Positions 49,956 to 59,309 of a DNA stretch of 64,000 nucleotides are shown here, in pieces. Each line of letters starts with the position of its first letter. Position 1 is the stretch's first letter. Source of the DNA: Parcubacteria group bacterium GW2011_GWC1_36_108 (GTDB taxonomy: Bacteria; Patescibacteriota; Minisyncoccia; Moranbacterales; GWC2-37-73); contig LBRD01000008.1 in assembly GCA_000991245.1 (NCBI GenBank), positions 1,686-65,685 of the forward strand, in the 5' to 3' direction. The notes under the pieces were generated by a model that was not told where the DNA came from, did not search any database, and saw nothing but the letters and a program-made list of their open reading frames with translations. The position numbers and the translations under genes were made by a program.

Positions 49956-50161
49956 TTTTGTATTTATTTTAGTCTAAAACTTGCAGATTATGTTATCATA
50001 ATAGTAAAAAGTCATTAAACTTTTTGGTATTGTCGTTCGCTCGGAGATAAAAGTGCTCTTTTATCTCACTCACTTTACTAAATAATAACATAATTTTGAA
50101 AAACAAACAACAGCTCTTGTTTATTATTTTTCCACAATGACACCATTATCATACCATAATT

Positions 50162-50893
50162 TTGAAAAACTTTCTTAAGAAAACACATTTCATCATATTG
50201 GACACATTATTTCCCATTTCTTGCATTAACTGCAAAAAAGAGGGTTCTTGGCTTTGCGACAAATGTCAAAATAACATTCACATTAATGAAGAACATCTGT
50301 GTCCAATATGTGAAAAAATGATCACTCCGGACGGACGAACTTGTCTTTCTTGCAAAAGAAAAAGCTTCCTTGATGGACTCCTTGTTGCAGCTTCCTATTC
50401 CCAATTTCAAATTTCAAAAGCAGTTCATCTTTTCAAATATCGCTTCGTGGATGATTTGCACATTCCTCTGGGAAACTTATTTGTAAACGTCCTGAGAAAA
50501 ACAGAACTCCCACTACCCAACATCATAACACCAGTGCCACTTCACAAAAGAAGGCTCCGCTGGCGAGGATTCAATCAATCAGCGCTGCTCGCAAAACATC
50601 TTGCGGATAATTTATTGCCTCAAAACAAAATACCATTTGACGAAAACATTCTTATTCGCAATCGCTACACGTCGCCACAGATGAAAATAAAAGATCACAT
50701 TTCGCGCAAGCAAAACATTGCCGGAGCATTTTCACTCTCTCCTGATGCGGAAATTAAAAACAAAACTGTTTTGTTAGTTGATGACATCGCCACCACCGGC
50801 TCCACGCTTTTTGAATGTGCCAAAATCCTTAAGGAAGCTGGGGCAAGCGAGGTTTTTGCAATTGTAATTGCTCGGCAGGAAACGAAGAGTTAA
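50162..50893 (+). CDS. comFC: ComF-family protein (double zinc ribbon plus phosphoribosyltransferase domain)
   Basis: CINCKK…CDKCQ…CPICEK…CLSCKRK and the PRTase motif VLLVDDIATTGSTLFE. Confidence 0.85.
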   Translation: MKNFLKKTHFIILDTLFPISCINCKKEGSWLCDKCQNNIHINEEHLCPICEKMITPDGRTCLSCKRKSFLDGLLVAASYSQFQISKAVHLFKYRFVDDLHIPLGNLFVNVLRKTELPLPNIITPVPLHKRRLRWRGFNQSALLAKHLADNLLPQNKIPFDENILIRNRYTSPQMKIKDHISRKQNIAGAFSLSPDAEIKNKTVLLVDDIATTGSTLFECAKILKEAGASEVFAIVIARQETKS

Positions 50894-50962
50894 TGGTTAA
50901 GTGAGTGTTTTTTTGCTATACTGACAATGTAGTAACTGATACCATATTAAAAAATCTAACAT

Positions 50963-51556
50963 ATGTCTCAAAATCAACAAACAAAATACCAGGAATTCAT
51001 CTATAAAAATAAACGTGTCATAGAAAGTGTCACATTATCATGCAAAAAAAGACTAACAAAAAATCCAAGAATAACAACGGAGGAGCTTTTCACTGCACTC
51101 AGCAAAGAGTTTGGGGATGTCTATTATGAAGATAAAAACCTCTGGATTGCATATTTTAAAAAAAATATTCCTAGCATTTTACGTGAAATAGCTGAGGATG
51201 CGCGCTTGGAAAGCCTTGTATTAGAACAAAAAAAATTTTCATTTCAAGATGCTAATGATGAATTGCGAAACAATTTCAAAACTAACAAATATCACATCTC
51301 ATCACTTACCAATCTTCCAGGAGATGAACACATTGAAAAAAGCTTACCTACTGGAGATATAGACGATCAGGAAGATCCCGTAGAGTTTACAATAGTAATC
51401 CCACCCAGGGAAATGCCAAAAAAGGAAATAGAAACTGCACTGAAGCACCTAGAGGTAGAGCCGGAATTAGATCTACATTTAAAACCAATTTCCAAAAAAA
51501 CTCTCGATGAAGGAAGAGATAACAACTTCCCTTTTGGCAAAGGCATGTTGAAATAA
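50963..51556 (+). CDS. Hypothetical protein
   Basis: 197-aa ORF with good coding periodicity; no motifs recognised. Confidence 0.4.
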   Translation: MSQNQQTKYQEFIYKNKRVIESVTLSCKKRLTKNPRITTEELFTALSKEFGDVYYEDKNLWIAYFKKNIPSILREIAEDARLESLVLEQKKFSFQDANDELRNNFKTNKYHISSLTNLPGDEHIEKSLPTGDIDDQEDPVEFTIVIPPREMPKKEIETALKHLEVEPELDLHLKPISKKTLDEGRDNNFPFGKGMLK

Positions 51557-51596
51557 CTTTAAATATTTATTTTTCAATATTAAATTAATTTGAGTT

Positions 51597-52202
51597 TTAC
51601 TGTTCTAATTTAACCACTCCTGCTTCAACAAGCGCGCGATAATGATCGGGCTTGCTACGCAGCAAATATTCAATAACCTTTCCTTTGACGGGCAAACTTT
51701 TCAGTCCATTTTTTTGTGCAAATTTTTCAATTTTTTCCAGCGCTTCAGCCATCTGTTTTTTTTCTTCCACCAAAAGTTCTATCGCCCCAATATTATAAAC
51801 ACCTTTGTCATCATAAACCACATTGTCAAGATCAATAACAAATTCTTCTTTTTTGAATTTTTTTCTTGTTGTGACGCAATTGCAAAAAGGTTTATAACCA
51901 AAAGCTTCAATATCACTTTCAAAATCATTTATTTTTGCAATCGCAAAAATTTCCCTTATTTTTTCCTCCCCTTCAATTTCTTGATATTGCTGCGAAAAAT
52001 TTTTATCGCCCAAGTGCATCGGCAATTTCAATTCAAAATCCTCTCCTCTTTTTCTCAGCCAAATGTCATTTTTCGTCAGTGCAAATTCATCAGTGTCATA
52101 ATAAACATCTGTAAAAGTTTTTTCACCAACAAAATCAGCTCCCCCAACAAGCCTCTCAATGTCGCTTTCAGAAAGTATAAATTTTTTCTCTACTTCAAAC
52201 AT
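51597..52202 (-). CDS. CYTH-domain protein (triphosphate tunnel metalloenzyme; CyaB/ThTPase family)
   Basis: N-terminal EVEKKF motif and an overall ~200-aa CYTH-like pattern of acidic/basic residues. Confidence 0.6.
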   Translation of the reverse strand: MFEVEKKFILSESDIERLVGGADFVGEKTFTDVYYDTDEFALTKNDIWLRKRGEDFELKLPMHLGDKNFSQQYQEIEGEEKIREIFAIAKINDFESDIEAFGYKPFCNCVTTRKKFKKEEFVIDLDNVVYDDKGVYNIGAIELLVEEKKQMAEALEKIEKFAQKNGLKSLPVKGKVIEYLLRSKPDHYRALVEAGVVKLEQ

Positions 52203-52309
52203 AATAGTTAGTTTATAAAGTTCATAAAGTTATAAAGTTTATGAACGGAAAATCACCAGACAAATCAAAAACAATTCAATGCCATAACTTGTCTAAAATT
52301 AAATTATCA

Positions 52310-53506
52310 TCAAGCAACAACTTCCACATTTTCCTGCGTTATGATTTTTTCATTTATGCAGCATTTTTTCATAATGAAAAAAGCTGCTGATAATAATAGA
52401 ATATTAAGTAGAAAAGGCCATTGCACATTTTTGACGAATAGTGCGCCTGCCAATAATGGTCCAACAATCATAGAGACGGACATTATTGAGGCCATAATCC
52501 CCATAACCTCTCCTCTTTTTTGAGCGCCTGCCACACTTGCAATCCCACTAGACATCAAAACGCGAAGTGTTGATTGACCAACTGTGGTCAAGAGAAGACC
52601 GGCAGCAAAAAAAGCGAAGATTTTTAAATCCAGAAAAACAAAACCCAAAATCATAACCACAAAAAACCAGATCTCCAAATCAACTTCTTTGAAATATTTA
52701 AGCCATATTCTCTTGAGCGCAAAACCTTGATTGATAACAAGAATAACTCCCATAGCCGTGAAGAGATATCCTGTTGCGGAAGCTGAGAAACCAAAAACTG
52801 ATTTCACAAAAAGTGCAAAAATTGATTGCATTCCTGCAAAAGCAATACCAAAAAGAAACCACGCTATGTATCGAGACCTGAGCATCCTGTCTTTCATTGC
52901 ACTGAAAAGTGGAATGAATGGATTTATCGGAATTTTTTTGACAGCATTTTTGTTATGATTTGTTTCTGGCAAAAAGAAATATGCACCGATTGCGTTGAAC
53001 ATTGCCAAGAATCCCACAAACCAAAATGGAAGTGCTGGCGAAATTCCTCCAAGCGTTGCCCCAATAACAGGACCTATCATAAAACCGATTCCAAAAACCG
53101 CACCGATCAGTCCTAGATTTGTGGTTCGTTCTTTGTCATTTTTCGCAATATCCAACAAATAGCTTTGTGCGATTGGAAAATTTCCTGCAGCTGCTCCGTC
53201 AATAATGCGTCCCAAAAACAAAAGCCAGACAGAATTTGCTGAAGCAAAAACAAACCAACCAAAAGCCGTGCTTGCGATGCTGATAATCAAAATCGGCCTG
53301 CGTCCAATTTTATCGGAAAGTGCTCCCAGAAATGGACTGCTCACAAAAGAAAAGAATGCAAAAACTGAAAAAAGCAGGGTTACCACAAAAGAAGAAACAC
53401 CAAAACTTTCCACATAAAAAGGCAGCACAGGAATAATAATACCCAGACCTATTACATCAACCAGAACCGTCAGGATAATTATAATTTTTATTTTTTCAAA
53501 TTTCAT
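52310..53506 (-). CDS. MFS transporter
   Basis: 12 TM, with GALSDKIGRRP (MFS motif A) after TM2. Confidence 0.8.
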   Translation of the reverse strand: MKFEKIKIIIILTVLVDVIGLGIIIPVLPFYVESFGVSSFVVTLLFSVFAFFSFVSSPFLGALSDKIGRRPILIISIASTAFGWFVFASANSVWLLFLGRIIDGAAAGNFPIAQSYLLDIAKNDKERTTNLGLIGAVFGIGFMIGPVIGATLGGISPALPFWFVGFLAMFNAIGAYFFLPETNHNKNAVKKIPINPFIPLFSAMKDRMLRSRYIAWFLFGIAFAGMQSIFALFVKSVFGFSASATGYLFTAMGVILVINQGFALKRIWLKYFKEVDLEIWFFVVMILGFVFLDLKIFAFFAAGLLLTTVGQSTLRVLMSSGIASVAGAQKRGEVMGIMASIMSVSMIVGPLLAGALFVKNVQWPFLLNILLLSAAFFIMKKCCINEKIITQENVEVVA

Positions 53507-53559
53507 TGAATTATTTTTCCATTACTAATTTCAAATTAACACGCAGAAGAGAAACGTTT

Positions 53560-54069
53560 TTACATCCTTTGTCCGAAATTTCTTCCAGATTGCCAAGTTT
53601 CTTCCTCCTCTTCAACTGGAGTTATGTGATACTTAATAATGGTAACTTTTGAGCCGGCGTAGACATCGCTTTCATCAACTTCTTCTATCATATTTCGCCT
53701 ATCCTTTTCATACAGTTTACCCTTGGATTCAATATTAAAAACATCAAAATATTCGATTGACTCTTTCATTCCATATTCACCTTTAACATTAAGATTAATT
53801 TCTTTTTCTTCTGTTCCAAAATCCTCAATCACTATTTTTATTTTTTCCTCATCAAAAATAGCGGTTACTTTCCCGTCACTTTTTCCGTCGCTCAGTGAAT
53901 TTTTTACCAACTGAACAAGGTAATTCCCCACAGCATACAATTTTCCAGGAGTTGCAGGAGAGTTAGATTGCTTCGAAGTTTCTTTCCACCAATCTCCAAC
54001 TATTTGCGGGATGTTGTTTGCTTGGGCTGCTTTGATTTCAAGGCTCGCTTCAAAAATTACATCAGCCAT
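53560..54069 (-). CDS. Hypothetical protein; start probably at MADVIFEAS
   Basis: The ORF is open to 54141; no motifs recognised. Confidence 0.35.
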   Translation of the reverse strand: MADVIFEASLEIKAAQANNIPQIVGDWWKETSKQSNSPATPGKLYAVGNYLVQLVKNSLSDGKSDGKVTAIFDEEKIKIVIEDFGTEEKEINLNVKGEYGMKESIEYFDVFNIESKGKLYEKDRRNMIEEVDESDVYAGSKVTIIKYHITPVEEEEETWQSGRNFGQRM

Positions 54070-54088
54070 CTTATTTACTTTTAAAGAA

Positions 54089-54397
54089 TTATCCAAACAA
54101 TTTTTCTTTATCATCACTATCAATTTCTTTTTTTTCACCAATCACTTCTTTCTCATAAACCCAGAAACGTTCACCTTCTGATGACAACTGCCAACCTGAT
54201 TTTTCAAGTCTTGCCTTTTTCATTTCAGCAGCTGGATCATTTTTTTCAACTGTTTCCATCATCCAATCATCTTCCCCTTCCCTGTGTTCAACAAGTCTGT
54301 TGTGAAATTTGTTATACACAATTTCACTTTTTTCCAATTGTGTTTTTTGATCTTCCTCTTTTTTCAAAAAAGGATTCTCAAATGAAGATCCATTCAT
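54089..54397 (-). CDS. Hypothetical acidic protein
   Basis: 102-aa ORF; no motifs recognised. Confidence 0.3.
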   Translation of the reverse strand: MNGSSFENPFLKKEEDQKTQLEKSEIVYNKFHNRLVEHREGEDDWMMETVEKNDPAAEMKKARLEKSGWQLSSEGERFWVYEKEVIGEKKEIDSDDKEKLFG

Positions 54398-54564
54398 ATG
54401 TTTTTTAGTTTATTTATCTTTATTTATTATACTCCACTCCGAAAAATACACAAAAAAGAGTTCATAAGAACTCTTTTTTAATTTGCGGAGAAGGAGGGAT
54501 TCCTCTTCCTCCGCAATTTCTCGCGAGTACGCAGAGAAATTTCTCCTCCAGAGCCTGGGTTTCT

Positions 54565-54590
54565 AAAAAAGCAAAACCGTTTGCTTTTTT
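54565..54590. terminator. Bidirectional intrinsic terminator hairpin (gcaaaaccgtttgc flanked by A6/T6)
   Basis: aaaaaagcaaaaccgtttgctttttt. Confidence 0.55.
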
Positions 54591-54627
54591 AGAATACCCT
54601 TCGAATCCTTCCTCTTTTTCAAATACA

Positions 54628-54660
54628 TAAAATAGAGTCCCCCAAAAGGGACTCTATTTT
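54628..54660. terminator. Bidirectional intrinsic terminator (perfect 10-bp stem atagagtccc/gggactctat) downstream of tRNA-Ser
   Basis: aaaatagagtcccccaaaagggactctatttt. Confidence 0.6.
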
Positions 54661-54667
54661 ATGTATG

Positions 54668-54754
54668 CGGAGAAGGAGGGATTCGAACCCTCGAGGGGTT
54701 TTACCCCCTGCCTCGTTAGCAGTGAGGTGCTTTCGGCCTCTCAGCCACCTCTCC
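54668..54754 (-). tRNA. tRNA-Ser (anticodon GCT), long variable arm
   Basis: Reverse complement is GGAGAGGTGGCTGAGAGGCCGAAAGCACCTCACTGCTAACGAGG…GGGTTCGAATCCCTCCTTCTCCG. Confidence 0.75.
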
Positions 54755-54771
54755 TAAAATATTCAATTGTG

Positions 54772-54856
54772 AGGAAGCGAAGAGATTCGAACTCTTGATG
54801 GGTCGCCCCATGACAGTTTTCAAGACTGTTGCCTTCAACCGCTCGGCCACGCTTCC
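54772..54856 (-). tRNA. tRNA-Ser (anticodon TGA), long variable arm
   Basis: Reverse complement is GGAAGCGTGGCCGAGCGGTTGAAGGCAACAGTCTTGAAAACTGT…GAGTTCGAATCTCTTCGCTTCC. Confidence 0.75.
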
Positions 54857-55159
54857 AAATTGTTTTTTCCAAAAACATAAAAAACTGATGCCTCGCAGTT
54901 GCCCTGGTTTTCTTTTGAAAACCTTCAAATGCTCCTATTTCGCATTTGAACCACTCGGACATGCTTCCTTCTTTTTTCAACTCCACATATCATAACAGCT
55001 AGAAACATATTTGTAAACCCGCACACTCAATAATATAAATAGCATACAACACTTTGAGTGTGTGGGTAAATATGCTAGAATTGAGCCAAGTCTATCTAAA
55101 CGAATATACCTCAGTGAAATATGTCTGCTTGCTAGCAGAATTTCACGGGGCAAGAAAAT

Positions 55160-55756
55160 ATGTCATTTGATCTTAGAAATTCCAAGCCGCTTCATTCAGC
55201 TAATATACCCACAAAATCAGGTCATATTCAACAAGAAAAAATAGAAGAAAAGCAGCCCGTAGAGCAAGATGATTCATATCGAAAAAATAATTCAGGAGAA
55301 GTTTTGCATCAATGGAAGGCACCAGAATTTGAAGTATACGAAAAAAGTGCTCGATGGTATATTATTTTTGGACTTTTTATTGTTGCCATGATTGCCTATG
55401 CAATGAGCACCAATAGCCCCATTATGGCAATAACCTTCATCTTGTTAGGTATTGTTGGATATATCTACTTGCAAAAAGATCCGCGTGTTATCACCTTTTC
55501 TATAACATCCAAAGGGGTTACAGCTGACAAGGAAATGTATTTATACGAAAATATACATTCCTTTTGGATTTTTTATGATCCAAATCACACCAAAACTATT
55601 AGTCTTCACACAAAAGCTTCTATGCTTCCATTTGTTCATATACCTCTTAACAATGAGGATCCAGTAAAAATGCGCGAATTTTTAATGCAAAACATTCCCG
55701 AAATTAAACAAGATCCAGGATTGATTGATGCAATTGAACGCGTTTTACATATCTAA
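55160..55756 (+). CDS. Hypothetical membrane protein (2 TM)
   Basis: 198-aa ORF with hydrophobic segments IIFGLFIVAMIAYAM and IMAITFILLGIVGYIYL. Confidence 0.4.
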   Translation: MSFDLRNSKPLHSANIPTKSGHIQQEKIEEKQPVEQDDSYRKNNSGEVLHQWKAPEFEVYEKSARWYIIFGLFIVAMIAYAMSTNSPIMAITFILLGIVGYIYLQKDPRVITFSITSKGVTADKEMYLYENIHSFWIFYDPNHTKTISLHTKASMLPFVHIPLNNEDPVKMREFLMQNIPEIKQDPGLIDAIERVLHI

Positions 55757-55929
55757 CTAACTTACAACCAACAACAAACAACGTACAACAGGGGCTCTGG
55801 TATTGCTTTATTTTAATTTTTATCGTAGACTGAGTTCTGTCAGATAAAGACTACCTACGATATTGTTTTAATCGTATTTATTGAATTTTGTTGTTAGTTG
55901 TTAGTTGTAGGTTGTTAGTCATAAGAGAA

Positions 55930-56002
55930 GTGCTTGTAGCTCAGTGGATAGAGCGTCTGGTTGCGGTCCAGAAGGTCGCAGGTCCGATTCCTGCCTAGCA
56001 CA
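55930..56002 (+). tRNA. tRNA-Arg (anticodon read as GCG)
   Basis: GTGCTTGTAGCTCAGTGGATAGAGCGTCTGGTTGCGGTCCAGAAGGTCGCAGGTCCGATTCCTGCCTAGCACA. D-, anticodon- and T-stems pair canonically; anticodon loop TTGCGGT. Confidence 0.7.
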
Positions 56003-56174
56003 CAAATGAATGAAATGAGTTTGAGGGCTTGGAGTGAGTGAACGATTTCACTCACGTCAGGAATCGGACGCCGGAGCAATTTTCGTCAGCAGACGAAAAT
56101 GCGAGGCGGTGGCCAGACAAATTTTTGCGTCGGCAAAAATTTAGTCGAGGCCGATTCCTGCCTAGCACACAAAT
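56003..56174. repeat. ~145-nt structured insert bounded by a 24-nt direct repeat of the tRNA-Arg 3' end (att-like duplication)
   Basis: ccgattcctgcctagcacacaaat occurs at 55984-56007 and 56151-56174. The intervening sequence contains three hairpins (gtgagtgaa/ttcactcac; ttttcgtc-agca-gacgaaaa; atttttgc-gtcg-gcaaaaat) and a closing stem caggaatcgg/ccgattcctg. Confidence 0.6.
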
Positions 56175-56310
56175 TTAGCACACACATTTGTCGGAAAATG
56201 TCAGGAATTTAAAGGTCTTGACATTTTTCGATAAAAGGAGTATAATATAAGATTATAGTTTTTTTACAAAAACCAGCACACTTGTTGTGCAAAAACCAGG
56301 AGGTTAACCG

Positions 56311-56760
56311 ATGGAAGAAAAAGAGATAACGATGCTTCGCACCAAGCTCATCAGCACAGCCAGAACACTGCTAACACAGCTTCATGACATTATCCCAGAA
56401 GAACCTCTGGGAAGTTTCAAAGGTGGAGATGGTTTGGAATCAGAAGGAATGATTGTTAACCATACTCAAAATGTGATTGATGTTAGTCGCAAAGAAGGGA
56501 ATGTGGAAATTATCACAGAATGCCTGCGATCGTTAGAAAAAATCGACGAAGGTTCTTACGGCGAATGCGATGAATGCGAAAAGCCTATCGCCACTGGCCG
56601 CTTGAAACTTTCCCCTTATTCCAATCTTTGCACTCAATGCAAAAGCGATCAGGAAAAAGCCAACAAACACCTGTGCATTGTTTCTGATCAGGGACCACAC
56701 TCCTGCGTTAGCATCAAAACAATCAGGCAGCGCCTGTATTCGTGCATCGCACACGCCTAA
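56311..56760 (+). CDS. DksA/TraR-family C4 zinc-finger protein
   Basis: C-terminal CDECEKPIATGRLKLSPYSNLCTQC (C4 finger) preceded by a coiled-coil region. Confidence 0.7.
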   Translation: MEEKEITMLRTKLISTARTLLTQLHDIIPEEPLGSFKGGDGLESEGMIVNHTQNVIDVSRKEGNVEIITECLRSLEKIDEGSYGECDECEKPIATGRLKLSPYSNLCTQCKSDQEKANKHLCIVSDQGPHSCVSIKTIRQRLYSCIAHA

Positions 56761-56771
56761 AAATTACCCCG

Positions 56772-56806
56772 CCCCGGGAACAGAAATGTTTCCGGGGATT
56801 TTTTTA
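56772..56806 (+). terminator. Rho-independent terminator after the dksA-like gene
   Basis: ccccgggaaca-gaaa-tgtttccgggg followed by atttttttatt. Confidence 0.65.
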
Positions 56807-56857
56807 TTCCCAAGATTATCACTAGATACAAAATATCCAATGAGCTATAATTTAAGT

Positions 56858-59068
56858 ATGGATTTTTTGAAGATGAAATTGGAAAAACTGCCGCGCATAG
56901 GGATGAAATATGGCGCAATTTTAAAAAAACTCAACATTGAAACGGTGGAGGATTTTTTGTTGCACTTCCCTTTTCGCTATGAAGATTATTCTGAGCGAAT
57001 CTTAATTGAAAATCTTGCCGCTGGCGAAACGGCGACTGTGATGGGAGAAGTTGTCCAAAGTAAATTGGTGCGCACTTGGAAAAAGAAGATGATGATCACG
57101 GAGTGCTTCGTGAGCGACGAAACTGGCACAGTGAGGGCTGTGTGGTTCAATCAACCCTATGTCAGTGATTCACTCACTGCTGGTAAGGGTGTTAGACTTG
57201 CTGGAAAAGTTTCGCAAGATACAAAAGGAATGTTTTTTTCCAATCCAGCTTGGGAACTTTCTTCTCGCACCCCAACCAATACAGGAAGGCTTGTCCCAAT
57301 ATATCCAGAAACTGAAGGGCTTACTTCAAAATGGATTCGTTGGCAAATGCAAAACATGATTAAATATGCTGATGCGCTTATTGATCCAATTCCGGAAAAT
57401 ATTTTAAAAGGTTTACATTTACCAATCCTAAGTGAAGCTGTAAAATCTTTGCACTTTCCAAAAACTCTCAAGGAATTTGAACTTGCGCAAAAACGTTTCG
57501 CTTTTCAACAAATGTTTTTGGTGCAACTTGCAACTCAGCGTGTCAAAATTTCATGGGACAAACAAAATGCTGTTTCAATTGCTTTTAATGAAACGTTAAC
57601 CAAATATTTCGTCGAGTCACTTCCCTTCACTCTCACTGACGCTCAACGCAAAGCCGCCTTTCAAATTTTGAAAGATTTGGAAAAGCCTTTGCCAATGAAT
57701 CGCTTGCTCAATGGCGACGTGGGCAGCGGAAAAACAATCGTGGCCGCTATGGCTTGTTTAAGTGCCATTAATGCTGGTTTTCAAGTTTCAATAATGGCTC
57801 CAACTGAAGTGCTCGCCAAACAACACTATCTAACACTTTGTGGACTATTTAAAAATAGTGAAATAAAAATAGCATTGTTTACCAATTCATATCGTGAGAT
57901 AAATAATTTCCAATTTCCAATTTCCAATTTCCAAATAAATCCAAATGTTGAAAATCCAAAATTAAAAAATACAAAAAAAATACGAGATTCACGGGATGAT
58001 TTTTTAGAAAAATTAAAATCTGGGGAAATTAATTTAGTTATTGGGACTCATGCACTGATTCAAAAAGATATTCATCCTGTTAAATCCCCGACTAATGGTC
58101 GGGGTGCGAAGCAATTTAACAGGGTAAAATTTAAAAATTTAGCTTTAATTATTATCGATGAACAACATCGTTTCGGTGTGGCTCAACGTGCTTTTTTGCA
58201 ACAGCAGATTGCTGATATTAACGACGGCTTGCCTGGTAAGATTCCGCATTTGCTCACGATGACAGCAACTCCGATTCCCCGCACACTGACTTTGGCTTTT
58301 TTTGGAAATCTGGATATTTCAGTGTTGGATGAAATGCCAAAAAATAGAAAACCCATTGTCACTGAGATTATTTTGCCAAGCAAGAGAAAAGATATCTATG
58401 ATTTTGTGCGCAGCGAAATTTCCAAAGGTCATCAAGCTTTTATCATTTTTCCACTTGTTGAAGAATCGGAAAAACTAACTGAACTAAAAGCTGCAACCCA
58501 GGAACACGAAAGATTGTCTCGGGAAATTTTTCCAGATTTAAAATTAGGACTCCTGCACGGAAAATTAAAGGCTAGTGAAAAAGAGCAAGTGATGGCTGAT
58601 TTTAAAGATAAGAAATATAACATTTTAGTCGCCACCAGCGTGGTGGAAGTTGGTATTGATATTCCAAATGCTACTGTGATTGTGATTGAAGATGCAGAAA
58701 GATTTGGTCTTTCGCAACTTCATCAATTTCGCGGACGAGTCGGCAGATCAGACAAACAATCATATTGTTTTCTTTTTACTGGCAGCAAAACCGTCAAAGC
58801 CAAATCGCGCCTAGGTGCAATGGAAAAAACATCCAGCGGTTTTGCGATTGCCGAAGAAGATTTGAAACTGCGTGGTCCCGGAGAATTTCTTGGCACGCGT
58901 CAATCCGGTCTTCCCGACATCGCCATGGAGCATTTGTCCAACGTAAAGCTCATTGAAATCGCCCATGATTATGCCGAGCAAACACTGCAAAACAGTCCCG
59001 ATTTGGCAGACTATCCCCTTTTGCAAAAAGAGCTTGGAAAATTCCAAAGTAATGTACACCTTGAATAA
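56858..59068 (+). CDS. recG: ATP-dependent DNA helicase RecG, with low-complexity in-frame insertions
   Basis: Wedge/OB N-terminal region, helicase motifs GDVGSGKT, DEQHRFGV, TATPIPRT, and a C-terminal domain. The ORF is open upstream to 56678, but the start is assigned at MDFLKMKLEKLP. An insertion …[37 protein letters not shown]… lies between motifs I and II. Confidence 0.9.
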   Translation: MDFLKMKLEKLPRIGMKYGAILKKLNIETVEDFLLHFPFRYEDYSERILIENLAAGETATVMGEVVQSKLVRTWKKKMMITECFVSDETGTVRAVWFNQPYVSDSLTAGKGVRLAGKVSQDTKGMFFSNPAWELSSRTPTNTGRLVPIYPETEGLTSKWIRWQMQNMIKYADALIDPIPENILKGLHLPILSEAVKSLHFPKTLKEFELAQKRFAFQQMFLVQLATQRVKISWDKQNAVSIAFNETLTKYFVESLPFTLTDAQRKAAFQILKDLEKPLPMNRLLNGDVGSGKTIVAAMACLSAINAGFQVSIMAPTEVLAKQHYLTLCGLFKNSEIKIALFTNSYREINNFQFPISNFQINPNVENPKLKNTKKIRDSRDDFLEKLKSGEINLVIGTHALIQKDIHPVKSPTNGRGAKQFNRVKFKNLALIIIDEQHRFGVAQRAFLQQQIADINDGLPGKIPHLLTMTATPIPRTLTLAFFGNLDISVLDEMPKNRKPIVTEIILPSKRKDIYDFVRSEISKGHQAFIIFPLVEESEKLTELKAATQEHERLSREIFPDLKLGLLHGKLKASEKEQVMADFKDKKYNILVATSVVEVGIDIPNATVIVIEDAERFGLSQLHQFRGRVGRSDKQSYCFLFTGSKTVKAKSRLGAMEKTSSGFAIAEEDLKLRGPGEFLGTRQSGLPDIAMEHLSNVKLIEIAHDYAEQTLQNSPDLADYPLLQKELGKFQSNVHLE
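57895..57922. repeat. (AATTTCC)x4 heptanucleotide array inside recG; the same unit as in ligA
   Basis: aatttccaatttccaatttccaatttcc encodes [10 protein letters not shown]. Confidence 0.8.
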
Positions 59069-59309
59069 CTGTGCATAATTTATAAATTGATAGTTTAAAT
59101 AAAAAAAGCTATAATATAAAGACTTATTTTTAAAATAAATAGTAATTTTAAAGGCTAAATTTTAAATTTTAAATCAAATCTAAATGTCTAAATTTTAAAA
59201 CATTTAAATTATTTGAAATTCATTTAAAATTTAAAACTTAAAATTTAAAATTATTGACAGCAAAAATCGCTGTAGCAATATTTTCTAATAAATTAAATTT
59301 ACAAACAAA

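Noticed and set aside
50091-50162. 16-nt direct repeat cataattttgaaaaac ×2 upstream of comFC, as a possible mobile-element boundary
   Set aside because: Only two short copies lie in a divergent promoter region. This is more plausibly a duplicated promoter element or operator than a mobile-element end.
56678-56857. 60-aa N-terminal extension of recG overlapping the end of the dksA-like gene
   Set aside because: The extension spans an intrinsic terminator hairpin and AT-rich promoter DNA. The conserved RecG N-terminus begins at MDFLKMKLEKLP (56858), so the upstream in-frame ATG is not the likely start.
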